Source: Polyangiaceae bacterium
Lineage (GTDB): Bacteria; Myxococcota_A; Polyangia; Polyangiales; Polyangiaceae
DNA length: 64,000 bases
Direction of reading: 5' to 3'
Assembly (NCBI GenBank): GCA_033763455.1
Contig: JANRKO010000074.1
Span: forward strand, 1-64,000
The notes under the pieces: model-generated
Databases searched by the model: none
Told to the model about the DNA's origin: nothing
What the model saw: only the letters and a program-made list of their open reading frames with translations
Shown here: one piece after another, positions 1 to 9,232 of the stretch
Layout: each line of letters opens with the position of its first letter
How positions within the stretch are numbered: the first letter of the stretch is position 1
Translations under genes and position numbers: made by a program

Positions 1-83
1 AACAATCTGACCAGCCAGGAGATAGGCTTAGTTTGTCCTTGGTGTTGCTTCCAAATTCTGGCGGCGGCCAACGCGCCGATCAG

Positions 84-123
84 CAGTTTCAACTTGGGAA
101 GATCAGGACCGAATTTGTGACCG
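84..123. repeat. Left copy of imperfect direct repeat flanking the RHS-CT/immunity cassette
   Basis: 103-123 TCAGGACCGAATTTGTGACCG matches 2099-2119 TCAAGACCGAATTGGTAACTG at 17/21, with weaker similarity extending left to 84. Confidence 0.5.
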
Positions 124-127
124 AAAG

Positions 128-1579
128 GTGGGAGCTAACAACTACACCGCATTTGATCTGCCGCGCACAATTCACAAATCCCCTTACGACTACAACTACC
201 TGTACGACGCGTTCGGAGATCGAGTTGCAAAGCTACGTGACGTCTATGGCGGAACTAAGAATGGGAGCCGCGGCAAGACCATCTACGTGGACGGAGGTGA
301 ATTTCGCTACACCGACGGAGCAGCCTACCCCCAGTACGTGCAGTATGTGCAGGCAGGCAGCCGCCTCATCGGGCAGGTGGTGGGCCTTGGCGGCGACGAC
401 ACGCGGAATCTTTACTTTCACGAGGATCAGCTTGGCTCGATCACGGCCGTCTCTGATTCGAGCAAGAAGCTGACCAGCGTGCTCAACTTCAGTCCCTTCG
501 GCGAGCGCTTGAGTGACAATGCAACGGTGCAGTCAGTGAACCCGTTGGGAAGTCCGTTCACCACGCTTTCGACCGTCACGCGCGGCTTCACAGGCCACGA
601 ACAGGACGACGAAACCAACCTAATCAACATGCGTGGGCGAATTTACAACCCGCGGTTGGCGAGATTCATGACGCCGGATCCCTTGAGCGAGCCTAACCTG
701 CGCAGTCCGCTGGTGTGCGGGATTCGCCCTTGTAAGGATCACTTGGACGTGAACGCTGTTGACATCGACCCGATGGGGCGGGGCAGAGCGCAGGCGAGCG
801 GTGGATCGAGTCAGAAGGCAACGGTGCCTTACGCTGGGTTTCAACCCGCGGGGTATGTCCCGGGCGTTTCCGGCGACGGACAAAATCGCGGCCCCACAGT
901 GGGTGTCGGGCCAAGCGGGATTGGCGCAGCCGTGTCCCGAGACCTCGTGTCGTGGAACTTCGGGTTAACATTGACCGGGGCTCAGGCGCTCAGGAGTGGC
1001 CAGGCGCACAACCGCTACAGTTACGTCGAGAATAATCCTTTCAGGTATACAGACCCAAGCGGATTTGAGCCCAATGAACCCTATGCGGAGCTGGACGGGT
1101 CTTGCAGGGCGGAAAGTTGCCAGCAGCACCCCCTGGTCATTTTGCCGGCCCTCGGCCCTCAGCTAATTGCTGAAGGTTTAGTGGCAGGCTGGCGGGCGGC
1201 GGCTGGTAGCAGCGCCGGAAAATGGGTCGCGGAGCACCTAGGAATTGGAGCCGTCGGCGCTCCTGCGCAGCAAATCGCTGGTAACCTCCTTCGCGGGACT
1301 GGGGGCAGTGTCACGAAGGCACTAGGAGAACTCCAGAAGATGGGTATGAGCCAAGGGAAGACCGTTGAGGTGTTGAAGGCGATGTACGAGGCCTCCGGTC
1401 GAGGGACAGGAGGTGTCCAAGCACTGGCAGATGGAAGCAAGGCATTGTTATCGAGGCGACTTGGGGACTTCCAGCCGATTCTCGTGGTCGCCCGGGATGG
1501 CGTAATCAAGGCCGCAACCGCGACCATCAAATTCACTGGAAAAGTTATCGAGGCCACGAACATACGGTACCTGCCATGA
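128..1579 (+). CDS. Orphan RHS repeat-associated core fragment with C-terminal polymorphic toxin domain (N-terminally truncated)
   Basis: RHS motifs YTAFDLP, YDAFGDRV, YFHEDQLGS, RGFTGHEQDDETNLINMRGRIYNPRLARFMTPDP and NRYSYVENNPFRYTDPSG are followed by a ~170 aa variable C-terminus. In-frame stops at 8-10, 23-25 and 29-31 cut it off from any upstream core. Confidence 0.9.
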   Translation: MGANNYTAFDLPRTIHKSPYDYNYLYDAFGDRVAKLRDVYGGTKNGSRGKTIYVDGGEFRYTDGAAYPQYVQYVQAGSRLIGQVVGLGGDDTRNLYFHEDQLGSITAVSDSSKKLTSVLNFSPFGERLSDNATVQSVNPLGSPFTTLSTVTRGFTGHEQDDETNLINMRGRIYNPRLARFMTPDPLSEPNLRSPLVCGIRPCKDHLDVNAVDIDPMGRGRAQASGGSSQKATVPYAGFQPAGYVPGVSGDGQNRGPTVGVGPSGIGAAVSRDLVSWNFGLTLTGAQALRSGQAHNRYSYVENNPFRYTDPSGFEPNEPYAELDGSCRAESCQQHPLVILPALGPQLIAEGLVAGWRAAAGSSAGKWVAEHLGIGAVGAPAQQIAGNLLRGTGGSVTKALGELQKMGMSQGKTVEVLKAMYEASGRGTGGVQALADGSKALLSRRLGDFQPILVVARDGVIKAATATIKFTGKVIEATNIRYLP

Positions 1580-2052
1580 GTCGAACCCTGATGCAGCCAC
1601 AGAGCGTCGAAGGAGTATTTGGACCGGAGATCTTGCTCAGCACCGTCACGGGTAAAGCTTACCGGCGTTCGGAAAGCGATGATGCCCAGACGGCTTCCAG
1701 CGAGCGGTTGACCAACGCGTTTTGCGTGTGGGCATCAACACTGGTGCTTGTGGTGTCGTCGGGGGTCGAGCCGATATTGTTTCCGACTGCCGCAGAATCT
1801 CTGCGAAATATTGTCGGCGATCCCGGTGTTCCCATTCTATTCATGTTGGGGGATTCAGGTGTAGAACGAGCTGTAAGCGACGTGAAAGCTAGCACCTCCA
1901 GAAAGCAACTGGCGAAGGCGCTCGCCTATGTTCGGGTTCAGTGTGCTTGGCACGACGGCCCCGAGCTAAGCGTTGTTGTTGATGATACCGAGTTTCGGTT
2001 TCAGGTGGCGTTCGTGCCCGAAGGGAACAAGTGGCGACCGCAGGTTTCTTAG
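1576..2052 (+). CDS. Putative immunity protein for the RHS C-terminal toxin
   Basis: 158 aa ORF coupled by an ATGA overlap directly after the RHS toxin. No recognisable motif, so the call is positional only. Confidence 0.6.
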   Translation: MSRTLMQPQSVEGVFGPEILLSTVTGKAYRRSESDDAQTASSERLTNAFCVWASTLVLVVSSGVEPILFPTAAESLRNIVGDPGVPILFMLGDSGVERAVSDVKASTSRKQLAKALAYVRVQCAWHDGPELSVVVDDTEFRFQVAFVPEGNKWRPQVS

Positions 2053-2080
2053 GGATTTGAACATAACAACCGGCACTTGG

Positions 2081-2119
2081 TAGTGACGAATTTTGGAGTC
2101 AAGACCGAATTGGTAACTG
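2081..2119. repeat. Right copy of imperfect direct repeat flanking the RHS-CT/immunity cassette
   Basis: Matches the left copy. Internally an imperfect inverted repeat AGTGACGAATT-N15-AATTGGTAACT (9/11 paired). Confidence 0.5.
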
Positions 2120-2151
2120 GAGGATGTAGCTACCCCCTCCCCCCCAATCCC

Positions 2152-4080
2152 CTAAAGCGCGTACAAACTAGGCAAAAGCCCGCGCTTTTCCAACACTCGT
2201 ACGATCTCGTACGCCGCCTCCTCCGCATCCAGCTTCTCCAAAGAAATCGCAATGTCCGGCTCTTGGGGCTCCTCGTATTCCGGTGCCGGGTGCGTGGGAT
2301 CATAGGCTCCGCGGCGGTCACGGGTTTCGCAAATGGCGCGGGGGGTGGACACATGTACTTCCACGAAGCGATCAGGACCCACCGTATCGCGGAGAGCTGC
2401 GCGATCGGCACGGAGCGGTGTGGCGAAAGCAAAAATGGCCAAGATGCCGGCGTCGGTGGCGCGCCGGGCGAGCTCGGGTGCTTGCTCGGGGCTGGAGCCG
2501 TCGGGGCGGGCACTGCGCGCGAGGCCATCTTCAGGATCGATGACCATGGCGAATCGACCTTGATCGAATAGGCGTCGTTCGAGGGCGTAAGCGATGGCGC
2601 TCTTGCCCGAAGCGGGCAAACCGGTGAGCCAAATGGTGGCGCCTTTTTGCCCCAAACGCTCGGCGCGCTCGGCTTGGCTGATCTGTGAGCGTGGCTGAGC
2701 GGCGGAATCTGCGTCGCGTTCGGCGCGTGTGGGAGGTGGTGGATCGGCATCCAGGATCATTCCGGCGGCCACCGTGTTGTTGGTGAGCGAGTCGATCAGG
2801 ATGAAGGCGCCGGTGGTGCGATTCTTTGTGTAAGCGTCGAAATACAAGGGCTTATGGCATGAAACGGTGACGCGCCCGATGTCATTCAGTTCGAGCCGCG
2901 CAGCTGGCTTCTGGTCCAGCGTCTGTTCGAGATCGATGGTGTGTTGCACGCTGCGGATTTCGGCACGCACGAGTTGAGTGGTGTGCTTGAGCAGGTAGCT
3001 TTTTTGGCGGTCCAGCGGTTTTTCGCTCATCCACACCAACATCGCGTCAAAACGTGTGGCTACTTTGGGCGTGTTGTCCGGATGGACGAGCATGTCCCCA
3101 CGGCTGATGTCGATCTCTTGGGCTAAACGCAGCGTAACGCTGCGAGGAGCAGCAGCTGACTCCACTTCGCCCTCGAAGGTATCGATGCCCGCTACGTGCG
3201 TGAGCTTGCGCGACGGGAGCACCATGATGGGGTCACCCTTTTTGACCACGCCCGAAGCGATGGACGCAGCAAAGCCACGGTAGTTGAGATTGGGCCGCAG
3301 CACATATTGCACGGGATAGCGAAAATCCGAAAAGTTAAGGTCGCGATCGAGCGGTAGCGTTTCCAAAAGGAGCAGCAACGTGGGCCCGTCGTACCAGGGC
3401 ATTTGCGTGCTTGGATGCGCTACGTTATCTCCCAGCTTGGCACTGATGGGCACAAACGAAACTTCCGAAAAGCGGAGCTGTGCCGTAAACGCCTTAAATT
3501 CCTTGCAGATCTCGTCAAAGCGTTCCTTTCTGTAGCCTTCAAGGTCCATCTTATTCACGCACACCGCAAGGTGCGGGATGCCGAGCAAAGATGCGATGTA
3601 AGCGTGGCGACGAGATTGCTGAAGCACTCCAAGGCGGGCATCAATCAAGATCACCGCGACGTGTGCGGTGGACGCACCGGTGGCCATGTTGCGCGTGTAC
3701 TGAGTGTGGCCCGGGGTGTCCGCGATGATGAACTTGCGCTTCTCGGTGGAGAAGTAGCGGTAGGCCACGTCGATGGTGATGCCCTGTTCGCGTTCCGCTT
3801 TGAGGCCGTCGGTGAAGAAAGAAAAGTCGATTTCTTCGCCGGTGCGCTTCGAGGCTTTTTTAACGGCAGAAAGCTGATCTTCGTAAAGGCCGTGTGTATC
3901 GTGGAGGAGCCGCCCGATGAGCGTAGATTTACCGTCGTCCACCGAGCCTACGGTAACGAAGCGGAGGAGCTCTTTATTTTGGTGGCGTTCGAGGTACGCC
4001 TCAACGTCGCTTTCGATAAGCTTGCGCTCATCAACCGATTCTGAGCCGCGATAGGGAGTGCTTGAAGTGTCTGTTGTCAC
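2152..4080 (-). CDS. cysNC: Sulfate adenylyltransferase subunit 1 fused to (degenerate) adenylylsulfate kinase domain
   Basis: GSVDDGKST, EREQGITIDVAYRYF, DTPGH and NKMD GTPase motifs. C-terminal domain has IWLTGLPASGKS. Lies downstream of cysD. Confidence 0.95.
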   Translation of the reverse strand: MTTDTSSTPYRGSESVDERKLIESDVEAYLERHQNKELLRFVTVGSVDDGKSTLIGRLLHDTHGLYEDQLSAVKKASKRTGEEIDFSFFTDGLKAEREQGITIDVAYRYFSTEKRKFIIADTPGHTQYTRNMATGASTAHVAVILIDARLGVLQQSRRHAYIASLLGIPHLAVCVNKMDLEGYRKERFDEICKEFKAFTAQLRFSEVSFVPISAKLGDNVAHPSTQMPWYDGPTLLLLLETLPLDRDLNFSDFRYPVQYVLRPNLNYRGFAASIASGVVKKGDPIMVLPSRKLTHVAGIDTFEGEVESAAAPRSVTLRLAQEIDISRGDMLVHPDNTPKVATRFDAMLVWMSEKPLDRQKSYLLKHTTQLVRAEIRSVQHTIDLEQTLDQKPAARLELNDIGRVTVSCHKPLYFDAYTKNRTTGAFILIDSLTNNTVAAGMILDADPPPPTRAERDADSAAQPRSQISQAERAERLGQKGATIWLTGLPASGKSAIAYALERRLFDQGRFAMVIDPEDGLARSARPDGSSPEQAPELARRATDAGILAIFAFATPLRADRAALRDTVGPDRFVEVHVSTPRAICETRDRRGAYDPTHPAPEYEEPQEPDIAISLEKLDAEEAAYEIVRVLEKRGLLPSLYAL

Positions 4081-4138
4081 GGGGATGCCTTGAAATGGGG
4101 TCGAAATCGCCGAGGTGCCTTTGCGTAGGGGCCAACGC

Positions 4139-5104
4139 TTAGAAGTAACCTTCGCGTTTCTTGGTTTCCATGGAGCCTTCTTCGTCGCTGTCGATCAGGC
4201 GCCCTTGCCGCTCGGAATATTTGGTCAGCAGCATTTCTCGGATAATTGCGGGAAGAGTGGTAGCGGTAGAAGGGACGGCTCCGGTAAGCGGATAACAACC
4301 CAAGGTTCTGAAGCGCACTGTTTCTAGGTGAGGTTTTTCGCCTGGCTTGAGGGGCATGCGCTCGTCATCCACCATGATGAGCGTGCCATCGCGGTCAACG
4401 ACGGGGCGCGGTGCCGCGAAATACAAAGGAACGATGGGAATATTCTCCAAGTGGATGTAGAGCCAAATATCGAGCTCCGTCCAATTGGAAAGCGGAAACA
4501 CACGGATGCTCTCACCCTTGGTGATGCGACTATTGTAAAGGCTCCAGATCTCGGGGCGCTGATTTTTCGGGTCCCATTGCCCGTACCGATCACGAAAGGA
4601 GTAAATTCGTTCTTTGGCGCGCGATTTTTCTTCGTCGCGCCTCGCGCCACCAAAGGCTGCGTCGTAGCCGCCAGCACTTAACGCCTGGAGCAGCGCATGC
4701 GTTTTCATCACGGTGGTGTACTTCTGGCTGCCGTGGTCGAACGGGTTGATGTTCTCGCGCCGTCCCTCTTCATTGGTGTGCACCAATAGGTCCAGGCCGT
4801 GTTCAGCACAGAAGCTGTCACGGAAGCGGATCATTTCCTTGAACTTCCAGGTGGTGTCGATGTGCAGGAGCGGAAAAGGGAGCTTGCCCGGGTGGAAGGC
4901 CTTGCGTGCCAGGTGCACCATCACCGATGAATCTTTGCCGATCGAATAAAGCATCACCGGCTTCTGAAATTCGGCCGCAACTTCTCGCATGATCTGGATG
5001 CTTTCAGCTTCCAGTTTACGGAGATGAGAAAGGGACTCGGCGACCAGCGGAGAGGCCGGGGAGCGGAGGAGGTCGGGCGTCATGGGCGGCCATTTACCAC
5101 TCAT
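4139..5104 (-). CDS. cysD: Sulfate adenylyltransferase subunit 2
   Basis: [41 protein letters not shown] and the C-terminal KKREGYF. The true start may be slightly downstream. Confidence 0.97.
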   Translation of the reverse strand: MSGKWPPMTPDLLRSPASPLVAESLSHLRKLEAESIQIMREVAAEFQKPVMLYSIGKDSSVMVHLARKAFHPGKLPFPLLHIDTTWKFKEMIRFRDSFCAEHGLDLLVHTNEEGRRENINPFDHGSQKYTTVMKTHALLQALSAGGYDAAFGGARRDEEKSRAKERIYSFRDRYGQWDPKNQRPEIWSLYNSRITKGESIRVFPLSNWTELDIWLYIHLENIPIVPLYFAAPRPVVDRDGTLIMVDDERMPLKPGEKPHLETVRFRTLGCYPLTGAVPSTATTLPAIIREMLLTKYSERQGRLIDSDEEGSMETKKREGYF

Positions 5105-5274
5105 TTGGTCGGAATTACCGGGATTTGGTTAAGTATTTGAAAATACTATATAAAATATATTCGGCCCGCGTGCCGCAACGCTGCCCACCCTCCGGAGCCG
5201 CGCCGGGTCGACGGGACGCTCCCCCGCACAGTGGGCGTCAGGCTTGCGGTTGCCCGAGGCCACCTTGATGACGG

Positions 5275-5973
5275 TCACGTTGCCAGCGTGCGCGCACCGA
5301 GAGTGACGCATTTCCCACACGCAGTTTTGAGCCGCGCCAAGTATTCCTCGCGGCTCACCTCGAAGGCTCCCATGCTAGCCAGATGTTCGGTGAGGAACTG
5401 CACTTCAAAGAGCTCAATGCCGGCTTTGAAAAGGAAACGCACAGCCGCCACGAGCGCCACCTTGGAAGCGTTCGTTTCGGTGTGGAACATACTTTCCGCA
5501 GCGAACAGGGCGCCGCGTTGCACCCCGTAAAGGCCCCCTACGAGCTCATCTGCACGCCAAACCTCAAAGCTGTGAGCGTCCCCGGATTGGTGCAATAGAG
5601 TATAGGCTTCGATCATATCTGGAATGAGCCACGTGCCTTCAGGACGATTCGAAGCACACGCTTCAATCACTTGCCCAAACGCGCGATTAGCCGTGATACC
5701 GAAGCCTCCCTTACTGAGCACGCGGCGCATACTGCGCGATACCTGAAGGTGCTCAGGATCGAGCAACGCCCGGGGATCAGGGCTCCACCACATGGGCGGC
5801 AGCCCCGCATCGTACCAAGGAAATATCCCACTTTCGTAGGCTAGCCGCAGCCGTTCGGGCGCTAAATCTCCACCGATTGCTAGCATGCCACTTTCATCTG
5901 CCAACCTTGGATCCGGAAATCCAGGGCAGCCCCGAGCGCTCAGAAACACGGGAGTGAGCCGGGAGCGGACCAT
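5275..5973 (-). CDS. aat: Leucyl/phenylalanyl-tRNA--protein transferase
   Basis: GGDLAPERLRLAYESGIFPW, WWSPDPR, AHSFEVW, LVGGLYG, ESMFH and ASKVAL. Confidence 0.95.
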   Translation of the reverse strand: MVRSRLTPVFLSARGCPGFPDPRLADESGMLAIGGDLAPERLRLAYESGIFPWYDAGLPPMWWSPDPRALLDPEHLQVSRSMRRVLSKGGFGITANRAFGQVIEACASNRPEGTWLIPDMIEAYTLLHQSGDAHSFEVWRADELVGGLYGVQRGALFAAESMFHTETNASKVALVAAVRFLFKAGIELFEVQFLTEHLASMGAFEVSREEYLARLKTACGKCVTLGARTLAT

Positions 5974-6040
5974 GGTCTGCTTCTAGCGCAGCCTTGCCGG
6001 TTTACAACCTACCAGGATGCATGCGGCGGCGCCGGCCTAT

Positions 6041-6466
6041 TCAGGGAACGCGTGCGGCTTCTGGGAAGTGGACGTCGTCCGCCGTTTGTAAGCGTGCGTC
6101 GGGCCCTGCCGAATACACAACAAAGCTCCCACTTGTGCAGTGTACCCGGAAGCGCTCGCCCCATGGATCCGCCTTGGCCTGAGAGTTCTGCAAATAGCCT
6201 TCATGAACCAGTTGTGCCACCGTGGGGCAGCCCGTTTTCTCACCCTCTGTGCGCCACGCCGCCGCTGCCGCGTGGATAACTTGTGCACAGTGGTGAGCTG
6301 TGGCCACGCGCTCATCTGTCTTAGAGTGTGCAACCCAGGCTGTTGTCCCGAGCGCCAAGATAGCAACCACACACGTTCCAAGGCCTGCTTCGAATGCCGT
6401 AAAACCTCGGGTTCGGGAGCGTGCCGTTTTTGAGGAATTTCGGTTGGGGTCGTGGGGGCGAGGCAT
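6041..6466 (-). CDS. Type II secretion GspG-like pseudopilin
   Basis: Class III signal with basic leader then G/FTAFE and a hydrophobic stretch. C-terminal DPWG...VYSAGPD...TADD is typical of the T2SSG domain. Start moved to ATG 6466. Confidence 0.75.
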   Translation of the reverse strand: MPRPHDPNRNSSKTARSRTRGFTAFEAGLGTCVVAILALGTTAWVAHSKTDERVATAHHCAQVIHAAAAAWRTEGEKTGCPTVAQLVHEGYLQNSQAKADPWGERFRVHCTSGSFVVYSAGPDARLQTADDVHFPEAARVP

Positions 6467-6726
6467 GGTGCTGGAATGGGACACGTGCAAGACGCAGGGG
6501 ATTGGGTTCGCTCGTGTCTTCAGCAAGGCATGTGCCAAGCAGGAGCAGCACCGGGATCGGCTCGGCAGGTTCGACAATTGAGCGAAATGCACCGGTCTCG
6601 CGGGTTTTGCTCTGCACCCCTCCGCTGCCAGATTGGCTTGGATGCGGGTGAGTCGTGCGCGGCCACTGACAAACTGGCAGCCAAAGGCTTGGGTTGGGGA
6701 GACGGCGGCCCTAGGGTTATTCCCAC

Positions 6727-8076
6727 ATGAGTTTGTGGGATTACGTGGTCATCGGTGGGGGAAGCGGAGGAATAGCGTCGGCTCGTCGAGCCGCCAAATA
6801 TGGCGCGAGGGTTGCGCTCATCGATCCCGGGCCTCTTGGAGGCACGTGTGTGAACGCGGGCTGCGTGCCGAAAAAGATCATGTTCAATGCGGCAGAGTGC
6901 GCCGAACAAATTGCCGACGCCGCCGACTATGGATTTTCTCTTCAAGTGGGCCCGTTTGATTTCAGAGGGCTGAAGCTGCGCCGTGACGCCTACGTCGAGC
7001 GGCTCAATGGCATTTACGGTAACAATCTAAACAAGGCGGGGGTGGAGTACGTGAAGGGGTGGGCCAAGTTAACGGGCGTTGATCAGGTGTCGGTGGGTGA
7101 GGCGCAATTTCGTGCGAAGCACATCTTAGTGGCCACAGGCGGTAGCCCACGCCGCCCAAATATTCCAGGCACGGAGCTTGGGCTGACCTCAGATGATTTC
7201 TTCAAAATGGAGAAGCTCCCCAAGCGCGTGATAATTGTGGGGGCGGGCTATATTGCCGTGGAGTTAGCCGGTATTCTGAACGCACTGGGTGCCGAGGTAA
7301 CCCTGGTTTTGCGTGGAACCGAGGTGCTCCGAAGCTTCGATGCGCTCGTTCGGAGCGTGCTTCAGGTGGAGCTTGAGCGTGCGGGCGTCCGCGTGCAGAC
7401 CGAGTTCGCTGTTGAGGGCTTGAGACGCGAAGGCGAAAGCTTCGTGCTTGCCGGAATGGGGCAGGGGCAGCCGCTTTCGCTCAGCGCCGATGCTGTGTTT
7501 TTTGCCGTTGGGCGTGCACCCTCAACAGCTGGGCTAGGTTTGGAAACGCTCGGTATTGAGCTCGATGCGGAGGGCCACCTTTTGGTGGACGCCTATCAAG
7601 ACACTAACTGCTCTTCCATTCACGCAGTGGGTGACGTTACTGGCAAGTTTACGTTAACACCGGTAGCCATCGCCGCGGGTCGCCGTTTGGCGGATCGGTT
7701 GTTTGGCGGTCAGCCCGAAGCAAAGCTGGATTATCAAAATATCCCCACCGTTGTGTTTTCCCACCCACCGATTGGCACCGTGGGGCTCACCGAAGCAGAT
7801 GCACGGAAACAGTTCGGCGCATCTGTGAAGTGTTACGAAACAAAATTCACGAACATCTACCACGTCGTCACGCAACACCGGGTGCCCACGGCGATGAAGT
7901 TGGTAACGGTTGGCCCCGAGGAGAAGATCCTGGGTGTGCACGTCATTGGGCGTGGCGCAGACGAGATGATTCAGGGCTTCGCGGTGGCGGTGAAGATGGG
8001 TGCCAGAAAGGCCGACTTCGACAATACGGTCGCCATTCATCCAACGGCGGCCGAAGAGCTGGTGACGATGACGTGA
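6727..8076 (+). CDS. gor: Glutathione-disulfide reductase
   Basis: GGGSGG FAD motif, [11 protein letters not shown] redox disulfide, [21 protein letters not shown] and HPTAAEE. Confidence 0.93.
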   Translation: MSLWDYVVIGGGSGGIASARRAAKYGARVALIDPGPLGGTCVNAGCVPKKIMFNAAECAEQIADAADYGFSLQVGPFDFRGLKLRRDAYVERLNGIYGNNLNKAGVEYVKGWAKLTGVDQVSVGEAQFRAKHILVATGGSPRRPNIPGTELGLTSDDFFKMEKLPKRVIIVGAGYIAVELAGILNALGAEVTLVLRGTEVLRSFDALVRSVLQVELERAGVRVQTEFAVEGLRREGESFVLAGMGQGQPLSLSADAVFFAVGRAPSTAGLGLETLGIELDAEGHLLVDAYQDTNCSSIHAVGDVTGKFTLTPVAIAAGRRLADRLFGGQPEAKLDYQNIPTVVFSHPPIGTVGLTEADARKQFGASVKCYETKFTNIYHVVTQHRVPTAMKLVTVGPEEKILGVHVIGRGADEMIQGFAVAVKMGARKADFDNTVAIHPTAAEELVTMT

Positions 8077-8233
8077 TGGGTTCACGGTGAGTTTGGCGCA
8101 AAACGCGAAACGTCGGCTTGCGTGAGCGGCCGACATGACTGCTAACTTGTACATGTCGAGCAAACCCTATCCGGTCGATGAGGCCCGGCCGCTGCTACCG
8201 CATCTGATCGATGCTGGCGGCCTAGTTGGGTCA

Positions 8234-9007
8234 CTAATGACGCGAAACGAACCACACGCCGGCCATCACAATTGCGAGAATAATGGCGACGCCTAGTAGC
8301 GTGCGCGTGTCTAGGGTGCGTGCTTTTGCTGGCGATACATAGGGCCGTGAAGAACGGGGTTCATCAAACGCCTCAGCGGGCTCCGAAGGCCGGACGCTAG
8401 GTCCCACCTTGCGGGGAGCCTTCTCGGAGTTACGCACGCGCTTAGTTGGCTCGGCCGCCTTCGTTGTTTGTTTTGATGATGCCTTGGCTTGAGCTTCTGC
8501 TTCTAGGCGTGCGGCCTTCCGGCGCGCTGCTTTCTTTTCTCGCTTCCTGTCCTTGGAGGCCGCGGCCGCTGCGGCCTTCTTTTTGGCTCGCTGCTCGCGT
8601 TCCCAAAGCTTGCGCGCCTTGGTGTTTGAAATTTCTTTCTTAGGCCGTGCCGCCACCTCTTGAAATGCAACCGCAGCTTGCTTTTTGGATGGGGTTCTGA
8701 CGGTGTCAGGTGGCACCTGGGCCTTTGGCGACGGCTGACCGGTGGGTGCTTTAACCTGTGCCTGCGCCTCCGGCGCTTGCTGCTTCGGCGGTGCCTCGGC
8801 GGGCGCCGCGTCCCACTCAGAGTCGAGCGGGGTGCTGTCAAGCTCTGTCGGTGAAATGGGGACCCGGCTGCTCACTCTCAGGATGGGAGCGGAAGCCATG
8901 CTCCCGGACGGCTCAGGTGCCGGCACAGATGGCTTCGGAGGCTGCTCCACATCCCAGCCTCCGTCCAAATCCTCGTCGCGCGCAGGCTCTTGGCCGTTCG
9001 GTGTCAT
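8234..9007 (-). CDS. Hypothetical low-complexity protein with C-terminal membrane anchor
   Basis: Acidic/Pro-rich N-terminus, Lys/Arg/Ala-rich helical middle and a C-terminal TM segment LLGVAIILAIVMAGVWFV. Start moved to ATG 9007. Confidence 0.7.
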   Translation of the reverse strand: MTPNGQEPARDEDLDGGWDVEQPPKPSVPAPEPSGSMASAPILRVSSRVPISPTELDSTPLDSEWDAAPAEAPPKQQAPEAQAQVKAPTGQPSPKAQVPPDTVRTPSKKQAAVAFQEVAARPKKEISNTKARKLWEREQRAKKKAAAAAASKDRKREKKAARRKAARLEAEAQAKASSKQTTKAAEPTKRVRNSEKAPRKVGPSVRPSEPAEAFDEPRSSRPYVSPAKARTLDTRTLLGVAIILAIVMAGVWFVSRH

Positions 9008-9232
9008 GGGATAATGCAAAGGGTAGGCAGTGGGTGCGCCCCATATCAACATTTTGGCGACCGAACCAGTGCGTTTGCGGTGGAGGGGTCCCGGAAAAGC
9101 CCCCAACCTCCCTATGGCTCACTGTGGAAGAGCTCGCCAGACTGCAGTCTTCTGGCCGGATTTGCGCAATCCAGCCCCCGATTTCGCTGGGGTGTAGAAG
9201 GCGAGGGAGCCTAGGCCTATTACTTGGGGGCG

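Noticed and set aside
2053..2130. Integron attC site after the immunity gene
   Set aside because: ACATAAC is present, but there is no matching GTTRRRY end or long attC hairpin.
8131..8222. Intrinsic terminator between gor and the convergent gene
   Set aside because: Imperfect hairpins are present, but there is no U-tract on either strand.
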